Source: an uncultured Acidimicrobiales bacterium (GTDB taxonomy: Bacteria; Actinomycetota; Acidimicrobiia; Acidimicrobiales; SHLQ01). Taken from it: a DNA stretch of 64,000 nt. Every line of letters begins with the position of its first letter. The first letter of the stretch is position 1. The stretch is taken from NCBI GenBank assembly GCA_938023735.1, contig CALJDK010000109.1, positions 11,125 to 75,124 of the forward strand, written 5' to 3'. This document shows positions 54,302-63,097 of the stretch, piece by piece. The notes under the pieces were generated by a model. The model did not search any database and was not told the DNA's origin. It saw nothing but the letters and a program-made list of their open reading frames with translations. The position numbers were made by a program, and so were the translations under genes.

Positions 54302-54859
54302 CTAGACCTGACGGCCAAGGAACGCTGCGAGCTGATCGGCTGCGCACGAACCGTCAGCGCATTCCTGCTGGGCACCGAATGGCGCACCTTCAGGGCCACG
54401 GAAGGCGTCGGGAATTGCCTGCTGGGCTTGGGCCAGAATGGCCGAAGCAAGTTCGGGTGCCAGGTCGGTGCTCTGACCGGTTGCCTTGGCGAGGTCCCAG
54501 GAGTGCTGGAACGTATCGGTCATCGCCAAGCCCATCACCGCAGCGCCGGGCATGGTGCCAAAGGGAAGCTCGCACATGTTTCCGAGTGCTCCCTCGGCGT
54601 TGAATGCTTCCATGGTCTTTGCGGCAGCGGCGTCGAACGCGGCCAGGTAGTCGCCTGAGGCGTAGTCGACCTCTTCGCCCGATGGAGCCTGGCTCTGCAC
54701 GCCAGCCTGGAAGAAGTCCTGGGCACCGACGATGTGATTGATCAGACCGGCGACATTCCATGATTCGCAGGGAGTTGCGGCCTGCATCTGGTCGGGTGAC
54801 ACGGCAGCGAGAGTTTCGCGGCAGACGTCGATTGCTTGCTGGAGGGGTTGGGTGCTCAT
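54302..54859 (-). CDS. TIGR03086-like (MDMPI_N/DinB-fold) metal-binding protein
   Basis: TPCESWNVAGLINHIVGAQDFF N-terminal pattern. The ATG at 54859 follows an AAGGA Shine-Dalgarno sequence. Confidence 0.6.
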   Translation of the reverse strand: MSTQPLQQAIDVCRETLAAVSPDQMQAATPCESWNVAGLINHIVGAQDFFQAGVQSQAPSGEEVDYASGDYLAAFDAAAAKTMEAFNAEGALGNMCELPFGTMPGAAVMGLAMTDTFQHSWDLAKATGQSTDLAPELASAILAQAQQAIPDAFRGPEGAPFGAQQECADGSCAADQLAAFLGRQV

Positions 54860-54968
54860 GGGGGTGTCCTTTTTGAAAGGGCTGGTGGGAACGGCGAATT
54901 GCCGGTTCCACAACCTAGCAGTGGCCCACGGTTAGGTTTCCTCAGCAACCGAAGATGGGTTTGACCAA

Positions 54969-55427
54969 CTACCGGTTCTTCAGCAGGTCTTTCAGAATTA
55001 TTGGGCGAGGTTCGACCGGCGAGCTCGTAACGATGTTGGTGATGGTGTCGCCCTGCTCCCAGACATCTTCCATCAGGTCCTCAAGCTCTTGGGTGTCGCG
55101 AATACGCGCTCGAACGACATGACTGTCTGAGCCGGTGACGCGGTTGGCTTCGATCACGTTGGGTATGGCAGCGAGCTTCGGATCGATGCCGACGGTCTTC
55201 ATCGGAACCTTCAACCGGATCACACAGAGCAGCGGATACCCCAGCGCCTCGTAGTCGATCACGGCTCGGTAGCCCTGAATAATTCCTGCTTCCTCAAGCT
55301 TACGAACCCGTTCGGCAACGGCGGGCGCGGTGAGCCCGATTCGTTCGCCCAGCTCCTTGTAGGAGATGCGGGCGTTGCGTTGCAGCTCGTCGATGATGTC
55401 GCTGCTAATGCTATCGAGGTGATCCAC
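54969..55427 (-). CDS. Lrp/AsnC-family transcriptional regulator
   Basis: DIIDELQRNARISYKELGERIGLTAPAVAERVRKLEEAGII HTH domain plus a C-terminal RAM/AsnC_trans_reg domain. Confidence 0.9.
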   Translation of the reverse strand: MDHLDSISSDIIDELQRNARISYKELGERIGLTAPAVAERVRKLEEAGIIQGYRAVIDYEALGYPLLCVIRLKVPMKTVGIDPKLAAIPNVIEANRVTGSDSHVVRARIRDTQELEDLMEDVWEQGDTITNIVTSSPVEPRPIILKDLLKNR

Positions 55428-55732
55428 GTCACATACCTTACTAAACGAAACGGTAAACGCTTATACACTTTGGAAAACTAGCTATTAACTGTGAAATTAC
55501 CCCGAAGAACACGGTTTCGAAAGCCCCATTTGGCCGATCGTCATTTACTCTGGGGGCATGAGCTTCCTTGCACGCGTCCTCCGAAACCGCAATGCTCCAA
55601 TCGGCAACCCCGACGACCGCCAGATCGAAGATCGCTTCCGTCGCTCAGGCGACCCGCGCATCGATCACGAGAACAGCGCCCGCCGCACTCGTTAACCATT
55701 TCACCCCTGCGAGACTCAACTACGCTGCGGCG

Positions 55733-56185
55733 ATGTCGGTCCGGTTGGAACTCATCACTGGCGAGAACTGGCGAGCTGCGTTGGGTGTGCAGGTATCGGC
55801 GGCCCAGTTGCCCTTGGTGGCCGATCATCAACCGGTTGCTTTGGTCATCCTGGCCAAGACACAAGTGGTTCAGGGCGGAGGCGACTGGGAACCGCTGGCC
55901 ATTCTCAAAGACGACATGTTGGTTGGTGTGGTGGGCATCGTTCATCGTGATGGAAAGTCGTTCATGGAGAACCTCGCCATCGACCAGCAGTGGCAACGAC
56001 AGGGCATTGGTTCGGCCGCTGTTGGACGTATTGTCAGTCGCTGTAGGTCGCGAGGATCCAACGAGGTCTTGCTCACGGTCCACGACGACAACGAGGGAGC
56101 GCAAAAGCTCTACGGGAATCAGGGGTTCGAACCCACTGGACGACGCCCATTCGGTGACCCCGAATGGCGCCTGATTCTCGACTAG
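55733..56185 (+). CDS. GNAT-family N-acetyltransferase
   Basis: LAIDQQWQRQGIGSAAV (Q/RxxGxG/A acetyl-CoA loop) and a KLYGNQGFEPTG tail. The ATG at 55733 is preferred over the longer form. Confidence 0.7.
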   Translation: MSVRLELITGENWRAALGVQVSAAQLPLVADHQPVALVILAKTQVVQGGGDWEPLAILKDDMLVGVVGIVHRDGKSFMENLAIDQQWQRQGIGSAAVGRIVSRCRSRGSNEVLLTVHDDNEGAQKLYGNQGFEPTGRRPFGDPEWRLILD

Positions 56186-56282
56186 ATATCGTTCAAAACG
56201 TGCCGTTCGCGGGTGGGGGAGCGGCTCGTTGTTTGGCGCACGTTATGGGCTGGAGTGAACGGACTGTTGTCTCCCTGTCTTC

Positions 56283-56316
56283 ATGATCGCTCTTGTGCGA
56301 TGATCGCTTTTATGCG
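56283..56316 (+). promoter_or_regulatory. Tandem 17-bp repeats ATGATCGCTCTTGTGCG/ATGATCGCTTTTATGCG abutting the toxin start (probable TA operator)
   Basis: Two full copies plus a partial third (ATGATTCTTGGGTG) that runs into the GTG at 56328. Confidence 0.45.
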
Positions 56317-56327
56317 ATGATTCTTGG

Positions 56328-56651
56328 GTGGCTGATGTTGAGGCGCATGATGAAGTCGTCGAATGGTTCGACACGCTCAGCCAGGCAGATTGGGAACGAA
56401 CTCTCGTTGTGGTCGATCGGTTGGCTTCGCTCGGCCCGAAGGCCAGGATGCCGCTTTCGCGGAGCCTGGGGGAGGGGCTCTTTGAGCTTCGGTTCACTGT
56501 TGGGTCAACAGCTCGACGCATCACGTACCGGTTCACCAAAGACAACCGCATCATTTTGCTTACTACATTCCGTAAACAACGCAACAACGAGCGAGCCGAG
56601 GTATCCCGAGCTCGCAAGATCGCCGAGGATTGTGCGAAGCGCAATCCGTAG
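56328..56651 (+). CDS. Type II toxin, RelE/ParE superfamily (HigB/Gp49-like)
   Basis: 107 aa. LGEGLFELRF...RITYRFTKDNRIILLTTFRKQ is typical of Gp49/HigB-like toxins. The toxin precedes the antitoxin. Confidence 0.75.
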   Translation: MADVEAHDEVVEWFDTLSQADWERTLVVVDRLASLGPKARMPLSRSLGEGLFELRFTVGSTARRITYRFTKDNRIILLTTFRKQRNNERAEVSRARKIAEDCAKRNP

Positions 56652-56665
56652 AAGGAGAGACAAAC

Positions 56666-56986
56666 ATGGCTAACTACTCCCGTTGGGAAGACATCAAGAA
56701 GTCCAAAGGCGAGCCCTCGGACGAAACGCGTGCAGCTGTGAATCAGGATCTTGATCTTGGGCAGCTCATCTATGACATGCGCACCGAGGCCGGGCTCAGC
56801 CAACGTGAGTTGGCTGAACGGATGCAAACAACCCAGTCGGTTATTTCTCGTCTCGAGGAAGGCGGCGGTGCTAAGAACCGGATCGATACGCTTGCCCGAG
56901 TCGCAACAGCACTCGATCGGCACATGATTCTGTCGTTCCCGGTCGAGGTCCCCGACAAACTTACCGACGCCGTCCAGGTCGCCTAA
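56666..56986 (+). CDS. XRE-family HTH antitoxin (HigA-like)
   Basis: MRTEAGLSQRELAERMQTTQSVISRLEEG helix-turn-helix. A GAAGGAGAG Shine-Dalgarno sequence precedes the ATG, which lies 14 nt after the toxin stop. Confidence 0.8.
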   Translation: MANYSRWEDIKKSKGEPSDETRAAVNQDLDLGQLIYDMRTEAGLSQRELAERMQTTQSVISRLEEGGGAKNRIDTLARVATALDRHMILSFPVEVPDKLTDAVQVA

Positions 56987-57043
56987 GACTCGACCCTGTG
57001 TGGCCGACGACCTGGGTGGTCCGGCGAGCATCTGGGTTTGGGT

Positions 57044-57979
57044 TTACCGGCTGGCGCCGGCCACAAAGGTTGAGACGATGTAGGTGGCGTGTCGGTCGAG
57101 GGATCCTCGGCCTCGGTCGTATCGCATCGTGGTTCGAGGGTCGGCGTGTGATGCTGCTTCTTGAACGTCGCGTAGTGGGACTCCGGCGTCGAGAGCGGCG
57201 GTGATGAACGAATGCCTTAGCGAGTGCGGGCTGATCTGTTTGTCGATCCCTGCCCTCTTCGCGAGCCGGCGAACTATGCGGGCCGACGCGTGCCGGTCGA
57301 GGCGCTTGGTTTCGTCGTGGTTTAAGAAGATTGGGCCTGTCTGTCGTTCTCCGATGTAGAGGTCGATGGCTCGTGCTGTTCTGGGCGAGAGCGGGATGGT
57401 GGCGGTCTTGTGGCCCTTGCGGTGGATGAACAGGGTGCGATGCCCGCGGTTTACGTCGAGGTTGTCGATGTCGGCATTGAGCGCCTCGGAGATCCGCAAA
57501 CCGTTCAGCGCTAACAGGCATGCCAACGCATGATCGCGGCCGCCGTTTAGTCCAGCTTGGACCAAGAACGCCCCGAGCTCATTGCGGTCAAGACCGAGCG
57601 TGGTGGATTCGTAATCCTGTTTCGGACGGCGAACATACGCACCCGGGTCGCGTTCTATAAGCCGTTCCTGCGAGCAATACCGGTAAAACCCGCAAACGGT
57701 CGACAAGCGGCGACCAATCGTGGCACGGGCCTTACCTTCGGACTCGCACCAGCGTGCATACAGCTCGATGTGGGCACGCTCGACATCGAACGGGTCGAGC
57801 CCGGCAGTATCGAGCCAGCTGATCCATTGCCGTAGATCGAGCCGGTATGCCTCAAGCGTTGTTCCCGAGTAGCCAGCCAGGAACCCGCCGATAGCTTTTT
57901 TGACTCGCTGCCGGATCGGGTCAACGTCGACCAGGACAAGCTGGCCAACGATTTCGCTTTGATGATTGGTGGTGTGCAT
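57044..57979 (-). CDS. Tyrosine-type site-specific recombinase/integrase
   Basis: N-terminal SAM-like domain (TLEAYRLDLRQW). The catalytic region carries GLRISEAL, HSLRHSFIT, ASHADPRTTMRYD and the R..HxxR..Y pattern. The ATG at 57979 follows GAGGAG. Confidence 0.85.
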   Translation of the reverse strand: MHTTNHQSEIVGQLVLVDVDPIRQRVKKAIGGFLAGYSGTTLEAYRLDLRQWISWLDTAGLDPFDVERAHIELYARWCESEGKARATIGRRLSTVCGFYRYCSQERLIERDPGAYVRRPKQDYESTTLGLDRNELGAFLVQAGLNGGRDHALACLLALNGLRISEALNADIDNLDVNRGHRTLFIHRKGHKTATIPLSPRTARAIDLYIGERQTGPIFLNHDETKRLDRHASARIVRRLAKRAGIDKQISPHSLRHSFITAALDAGVPLRDVQEAASHADPRTTMRYDRGRGSLDRHATYIVSTFVAGASR

Positions 57980-58209
57980 TGGATTCTCCTCATGATTGAT
58001 GGAGAACCCAGCGGACCACCGATAGGGGCATATGGCCAGAACGATCTCCACGTGCCGTTCTGCGCCACCTGGGACCGTGCCGAAGAGTTCGCGTTATGGG
58101 CGCTTTCGGCCTCGCCTTGGGTTTAGTCTCCCGGTTGAGACGGGCGCCGCGCTATGGCCGTGTCGGTGTGCGGCTACAGGATGGAATCAATCGCGTCGAT
58201 TAGTTAGCC

Positions 58210-59454
58210 ATGCGTCGTATCCGCCTCAGCCGTCTCGTACTTGTGCTCGTCTTGCTAGCTAGCGCGTGCGCCAACCAATCGCCTATCGAGACTGCGCAGA
58301 ACAGCGCGCAGACAACCCCCGATTCTTTGAGCCACGTGGACACCGCAGAATCAGCGGCGGGCCCAGCGCCAAAACAGGAATTTGGCCCGCTGCCCGGATG
58401 GTTGGAGACGGCATGTGCCGGCAGATTTGCCGCAACTGTGGACTTGGAGGAGGTACTCCCCGAATACCTGCATGAGGCTTCCGCTGACTTTGCGGATTAC
58501 CGAGACAAACTCGCTCCGCTGAGTGATGCCCTCAATGAAGGCTCTCTGACTGAGGCCCTGAGTGAAGTCGCTCTGCCAGCACCAGATGACCCGATGAGCG
58601 CACTGGTTCGCCTACGAGATACCGACTGCGATGAAGGTTCCGCTGGCTACTACGCCGCAACCGAACAGGCTCTGTTGGCACCTTTATCTCAAGGCGAGCT
58701 GGAAGAACAAGTGAAGGTACTCCTCAAAACAACGTTGGAGGAGATGTTCGACCGAGTTCGAGTGCGCGGGCCAGGACTCGGATCACCGATGCCAGTTGGG
58801 GTTGCAGACCTCAAAAACTCGACCTTCCTTGGCCTGTACGACGGTAAGGAATATGCGTACGACGGATCCCAAACCTTCACCAAGGTAGACGGCGTCTGGG
58901 AAAGTTCGAGCAGCGATTCACTGAGAGGAAGCTGGTGGTTTCCGGCCGGGATAGCAGCGGAGCCTGAAGCGTTTGAATCAGCAGTGATTTCGTTTGTGGG
59001 CGATGAGTACCGGTTGGGAGTACCGACTCGCCATGTGAAGGTCGAGCTTGGTGATTGGTACATAGCTCATGTTTGGATAGATGAGTTTGGCCAACCGCGA
59101 CGATTCGAGTCGACCGTTCCGCTCTTTGACATCTATCTCTGGGCCTCGACTGATTTTCTTGAATTGAACCCTGACCCCGCCGCGTTCAGTTTGGAAGAGG
59201 CGCCGGTGCCTCCGACCACGGTTGATCCCGACGAGACGGTCGACGCATACGTCGTGGTCAGCGACATTGCGAGCGACGAGCGCGGCGACTTCGTCGTGCG
59301 TACTTCGATCGAGCTCCAGCCCGTGCCGATCAAGGATCTCCCAGATGATCGGATCGTCGATCTGACACAGGTAATCGGCCGTGTAGCCGCCACCGATATC
59401 TTGGCCGGCTCGGTGCTCGTCGATGGCATGTTTGTCGACCCAGTTGTGGACTAG
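58210..59454 (+). CDS. Hypothetical secreted lipoprotein with a SAF-like C-terminal segment
   Basis: Signal/lipobox LVLVLLASAC. The C-terminal VIGRVAATDILAGSVLVDGMF resembles SAF/CpaB-type domains. No other recognisable motif. Confidence 0.5.
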   Translation: MRRIRLSRLVLVLVLLASACANQSPIETAQNSAQTTPDSLSHVDTAESAAGPAPKQEFGPLPGWLETACAGRFAATVDLEEVLPEYLHEASADFADYRDKLAPLSDALNEGSLTEALSEVALPAPDDPMSALVRLRDTDCDEGSAGYYAATEQALLAPLSQGELEEQVKVLLKTTLEEMFDRVRVRGPGLGSPMPVGVADLKNSTFLGLYDGKEYAYDGSQTFTKVDGVWESSSSDSLRGSWWFPAGIAAEPEAFESAVISFVGDEYRLGVPTRHVKVELGDWYIAHVWIDEFGQPRRFESTVPLFDIYLWASTDFLELNPDPAAFSLEEAPVPPTTVDPDETVDAYVVVSDIASDERGDFVVRTSIELQPVPIKDLPDDRIVDLTQVIGRVAATDILAGSVLVDGMFVDPVVD

Positions 59455-59880
59455 CAGCGATCGCGGCAACATCTCGAATTTACTTGAACTTCATTCAAGA
59501 TCGGGGAACAGAAGCCGCGATCAGCTGGAGAGGCCCAACACCCAGTCGCCCCGGTGCCGATATCTCGCAGTTCGTCGCGAAGCGCCGAGGTGAGGATATA
59601 CGTGTAATCGGCGGTGTCTTTGGTGGACGTTACGTGGCTGGTCGAGGACTGTTAGTGATGGCCGCGTCGCTGGCCAAGAGTGCCGCGGAAGTGCCGTTAG
59701 CGAGTGGGTGTCAGGTCGTTCTTTCCGGAACAATATGGAGCGGTGTTCGAGCGTCAGTTTGTTCAAACTGCTGGCCAGGCGCAAACCACATTCGCCGGAT
59801 CCCTTGCAGAATTCTTGTGTTGAATCCAGGCATTGGTGTTGCCCGTTTCTGGCGATGGGGTGGTCCACTAGGATTAACAG

Positions 59881-60630
59881 ATGGTTGATTCAACGATCTG
59901 GAGCGAGCGGTGTGTGGTGGCATTTCTCGATGAGCCGCCGTTCTTTTCGCCAGTGGAGGGAGGGTCGCCGGTCGGCTGCGATATCGAGCTGACGAATATG
60001 GTCCTCGGAGCTCTTGGGGTTGCTGAAGTCGAGTATGTGCTCACGTCCTTTGGTGAGCTGTTGGAAGGGGTGCGCACCCGCCGCTGGCATATGAATACTC
60101 CGTTGTTTGTCACTACGGAGCGCCGTGAAATGGTGCGGTTTAGTCGACCTGTGTGGGCGGCGATCGACAGTTTCATCGTGCGACGTGACGACGGCCGCGA
60201 CTTCTCAAGCTATGAAGCTATTGCTGCTGATGAAACGGTTCGTCTCGCTGCGGTATCTGGACAGATTCAGGTTGACGCTGCCCTTAGCGCCGGGACGCCC
60301 TCGGACCGTATTGTCCAGTTCGATGATCAAGATGCAGCAGCCAAGGCTGTTCTTGATGGCCGCGTGGATGCGTCTGTGAGCACCGCTCCTGGTAACGGCG
60401 CCTATCTCGAGAGGCTCGGCAGTGAGCTGTTGATTTCAGTGTCGGATACCCGGGCTTCCGATCGGGGAGGGGTCCCAATGGGGGCCTTCTCGTTTCATCA
60501 CGATTCGTACGGACTTGCTGACGCGTTCGACGAGCAACTGAGTTTGATTCTCGGGTCCGAAGGACATCTGTCGATGATGCGGCGATTCGGATTCGACGAA
60601 GCATCCCTCCGTCCAGCTATCGACTTCTAG
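59881..60630 (+). CDS. SBP_bac_3-like (polar amino-acid-binding fold) protein without a signal peptide
   Basis: GCDIELTNMVLGALGV...FSRPVWAAIDSFIVRRDD...DGRVDASVST block order is typical of family-3 solute-binding proteins. No N-terminal hydrophobic segment and no adjacent permease or ATPase gene. Confidence 0.55.
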   Translation: MVDSTIWSERCVVAFLDEPPFFSPVEGGSPVGCDIELTNMVLGALGVAEVEYVLTSFGELLEGVRTRRWHMNTPLFVTTERREMVRFSRPVWAAIDSFIVRRDDGRDFSSYEAIAADETVRLAAVSGQIQVDAALSAGTPSDRIVQFDDQDAAAKAVLDGRVDASVSTAPGNGAYLERLGSELLISVSDTRASDRGGVPMGAFSFHHDSYGLADAFDEQLSLILGSEGHLSMMRRFGFDEASLRPAIDF

Positions 60631-60681
60631 TCGGCCGGGTATCAGGCGCCGATTTCGTCTTGGTCGGCCGGAATTTTCCTC

Positions 60682-60712
60682 TTGACATGGAGTGACTCCA
60701 GGTCGGTACGGT
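60682..60712 (+). promoter_or_regulatory. MerR-type promoter: TTGACA - 19-bp spacer containing the dyad TGGAGTGACTCCA - TACGGT
   Basis: -35 TTGACA (60682-60687), perfect 6-1-6 palindrome (60688-60700), -10-like TACGGT (60707-60712). The over-long 19-bp spacer is the hallmark of MerR-activated promoters. It lies 29 bp upstream of the merR-family gene. Confidence 0.5.
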
Positions 60713-60740
60713 CGGTGTACCGACGTAGGAAAGAGGGTTG

Positions 60741-61100
60741 ATGAGGATCTCTGAGGTGGCCGCCATGAGCGGTCTAACTATTGACACGATCCGGTTCTAT
60801 GAAAAGTCTGGGCTGTGCCCAGCGATTGATCGTGACGCTGGTGGGAAACGCGAGTTCTCATCGGAGGATGCAGATTGGCTTTGTCTGTTGTCCTCGTTAC
60901 GAGAGACCGGCATGCCGACCGGCGAAATGCGCCACTTCGCCGAGATGTACCAGGTCGGTGATGCAACCATCCCGGAACGCAAACAACTTCTTTTGGAACA
61001 CTCCGACCGCTTGAAGGACCGGCGGGCAGATCTTGATCAATGTGAACAGTTGCTCGCTTTCAAGCTCGCTCGATATGACAAGATCTTGGGTGGTAAATGA
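60741..61100 (+). CDS. MerR-family transcriptional regulator
   Basis: MRISEVAAMSGLTIDTIRFYEKSGL HTH and a coiled-coil C-terminus. A TTG at 60738 is an alternative start. Confidence 0.85.
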   Translation: MRISEVAAMSGLTIDTIRFYEKSGLCPAIDRDAGGKREFSSEDADWLCLLSSLRETGMPTGEMRHFAEMYQVGDATIPERKQLLLEHSDRLKDRRADLDQCEQLLAFKLARYDKILGGK

Positions 61101-61699
61101 TGAGGATTATTGTCGTCGGCGCGGAGGGAGATATCGGCCAAGCTGCGTGCAGCGAATTGGGTACACGTCATGATCTGATCAAGGTTGGGCGCACGTCCGG
61201 CGACCTGCAGGTCGACATGTCCGACCCGGCGTCGATCGGCGATATGTATGCGAAAGTCGGACGGGTTGACGCGGTTGTGTCGACAGCGGGCGATGTCCAT
61301 TTCGAGACTCTCGAGGAACATACCGATGAGACCTTCATGCTTGGCCTTCGTCAGAAGGTGATGGGTCAGATCAATCTTGTGCTCGCAGGGCTCGCCTGCG
61401 TAACTGACGGTGGCTCATTCACGTTGACGAGTGGCGTACTTGACCGCGACCCGATCAGGATGGGGAGCGCAGGTGCAACCGCGAACGGAGCGTTGGCGGG
61501 TTTCGTGGTCGGAGCCGCCATCGAGATGCCACGAGGCTTGAGGCTAAACGTTGTCAGCCCAGGACTCCTTGAGGTTTCGGTTCCTCGGTACGGAGCCTGG
61601 TTCCCTGGCCACGAACCGGTTAGCTCGCAACGAGTTGGGCTGGCCTATGCAAAGGCCGTAGAAGGTGCAATCTCGGGCCGGGTAGTAGTCGTCGAATAG
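61097..61699 (+). CDS. Short-chain dehydrogenase-like NAD(P)-binding protein
   Basis: IIVVGAEGDIGQA Rossmann start. 200 aa. ATGA overlap with the merR-family gene. Confidence 0.7.
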   Translation: MMRIIVVGAEGDIGQAACSELGTRHDLIKVGRTSGDLQVDMSDPASIGDMYAKVGRVDAVVSTAGDVHFETLEEHTDETFMLGLRQKVMGQINLVLAGLACVTDGGSFTLTSGVLDRDPIRMGSAGATANGALAGFVVGAAIEMPRGLRLNVVSPGLLEVSVPRYGAWFPGHEPVSSQRVGLAYAKAVEGAISGRVVVVE

Positions 61700-61847
61700 T
61701 GCCCAAGACATCGTTGGCCTGGTCAACGGTTAGACCAAATCTCATTGTTCACTCCACCCGTCGACATTGTCGGTTGCTCTGCCCCGCCTCGCACATGAAG
61801 TGGTCGGAGACTGGCCGAAGCAATCGACCCACATGTAGCTCCGCTGC

Positions 61848-62420
61848 CTAGCTTTTTGCGGCGATGCCTGGCCACATTGCGTCGACGATTCGTTTCGCGT
61901 CAGCGGACTTCATTGGCAGGTGGCCGACAACGAGGCGCACCCACAACGGGCCATAGATCGCATCGAGGACAACTTCGTGGTCGATGTCGGGGCGAATCTC
62001 GCCGAGTTTGATTCCGCGGGCCAGTCTCGCAAGAGATAGGTCACGTCGGGGCTGCCAGAAACGTTCACGGAACTCCTCGGCGATGTCTTTGTCAGATTGG
62101 CCTTGGGAGAGCAGCTCGCAGATGACTCGACCGGTGGGGGAGTTGAACAGCTTGATGACGGTCCGAAGATGCCGCTCGAAGTCGGCTTTGATGTCATTCG
62201 TTTCGGTAAACGGGGTGGCTCGCATCGTTCCTTGCACGAGGGCGTCGAGAACGACGGCAGTTTTGGAAGGCCACCATCGGTAGATCGTTTGTTTCGCAAC
62301 CTTTGCGTTCTCCGCTATGGCGTTGATCGTGACGTCTCCGCCTTCACGTCCGACCAGTTCGAACGCTGCCTCGAGGACACGTTCTCTTGCTTGTTCGTCA
62401 CGGCTTCTACCTCGGGGCAT
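61848..62420 (-). CDS. TetR/AcrR-family transcriptional regulator
   Basis: ERVLEAAFELVGREGGDVTINAIAENAKVAKQTIYRWWPSK HTH. Confidence 0.85.
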   Translation of the reverse strand: MPRGRSRDEQARERVLEAAFELVGREGGDVTINAIAENAKVAKQTIYRWWPSKTAVVLDALVQGTMRATPFTETNDIKADFERHLRTVIKLFNSPTGRVICELLSQGQSDKDIAEEFRERFWQPRRDLSLARLARGIKLGEIRPDIDHEVVLDAIYGPLWVRLVVGHLPMKSADAKRIVDAMWPGIAAKS

Positions 62421-62458
62421 GCCTCCAGCCTATGGCGGAACGTCTTCAATAACAAGAC

Positions 62459-62514
62459 TTGACGTCTACATGGACCAACAGTATCGTTATTCAAACAACG
62501 AGACCGCCGGTCTC
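62459..62514 (+). promoter_or_regulatory. Putative yceI-operon promoter (TTGACG-17-TATCGT) followed by a 15-bp palindrome GAGACCGCCGGTCTC
   Basis: -35 at 62459-62464 and -10 at 62482-62487. A perfect 7-1-7 dyad at 62500-62514 lies 26 nt before the ATG and is a candidate operator for the divergent TetR. Confidence 0.4.
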
Positions 62515-62539
62515 GGTAATCAATCGATGAGGAAACGCA

Positions 62540-63094
62540 ATGACGAACAAACTTCCGTTACGCCCGGGTGTGTGGAGTGTCGATCCACTTCACTCGACCG
62601 TCGAGTTCACAGCGCGCCATATGGCTATATCTAAAGTCAGGGGGCGTTTCGGCGACTTCGAAGTGTCAGTGACAATCGGGGGCTCGCTCGACGAGACCTC
62701 TCTGGTGGCCACCGTGGATATGAGTTCGGTCGACACGAGCAACGCCGACCGCGATGCTCATCTGCGTAGCTCCGACTTCTTCAACATCGAAACACACCCG
62801 AAGATGACCTTCCGTTCGACAAAGATCACTGATCTCGCCGAAGGCGCCTACGCAATTGCCGGTGACCTCACTATCAACGGCATCACAAGCCCCGAGACGC
62901 TCGACGTCACGTTTCACGGTAGTGAAACCTTCCCTGGCGATAACTCTTTCCACGCTGGTTTCGAGGCAACCGGGATGATCAACCGCACCGACTATGGCAT
63001 CGACTTCAACGTGCCCCTCGCTGCCGGCGGTTTCGTGATCTCCGACAAGATCGGTATCGAACTCGACGTCCAACTCGTTGCGCCAAAGGACTGA
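62540..63094 (+). CDS. YceI-family (polyisoprenoid-binding) protein
   Basis: WSVDPLHSTVEFTARHMAISKVRGRF...DRDAHLRSSDFF signature. Confidence 0.85.
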   Translation: MTNKLPLRPGVWSVDPLHSTVEFTARHMAISKVRGRFGDFEVSVTIGGSLDETSLVATVDMSSVDTSNADRDAHLRSSDFFNIETHPKMTFRSTKITDLAEGAYAIAGDLTINGITSPETLDVTFHGSETFPGDNSFHAGFEATGMINRTDYGIDFNVPLAAGGFVISDKIGIELDVQLVAPKD

Positions 63095-63097
63095 TCC

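Noticed and set aside
59484-59888. 134-aa + strand and 115-aa minus-strand ORFs in the gap before the SBP-fold gene
   Set aside because: They are mutually overlapping and Arg/Gly/Cys/Trp-rich with weak third-position bias. They show no motifs or credible start signals. Treated as non-coding or decayed sequence.
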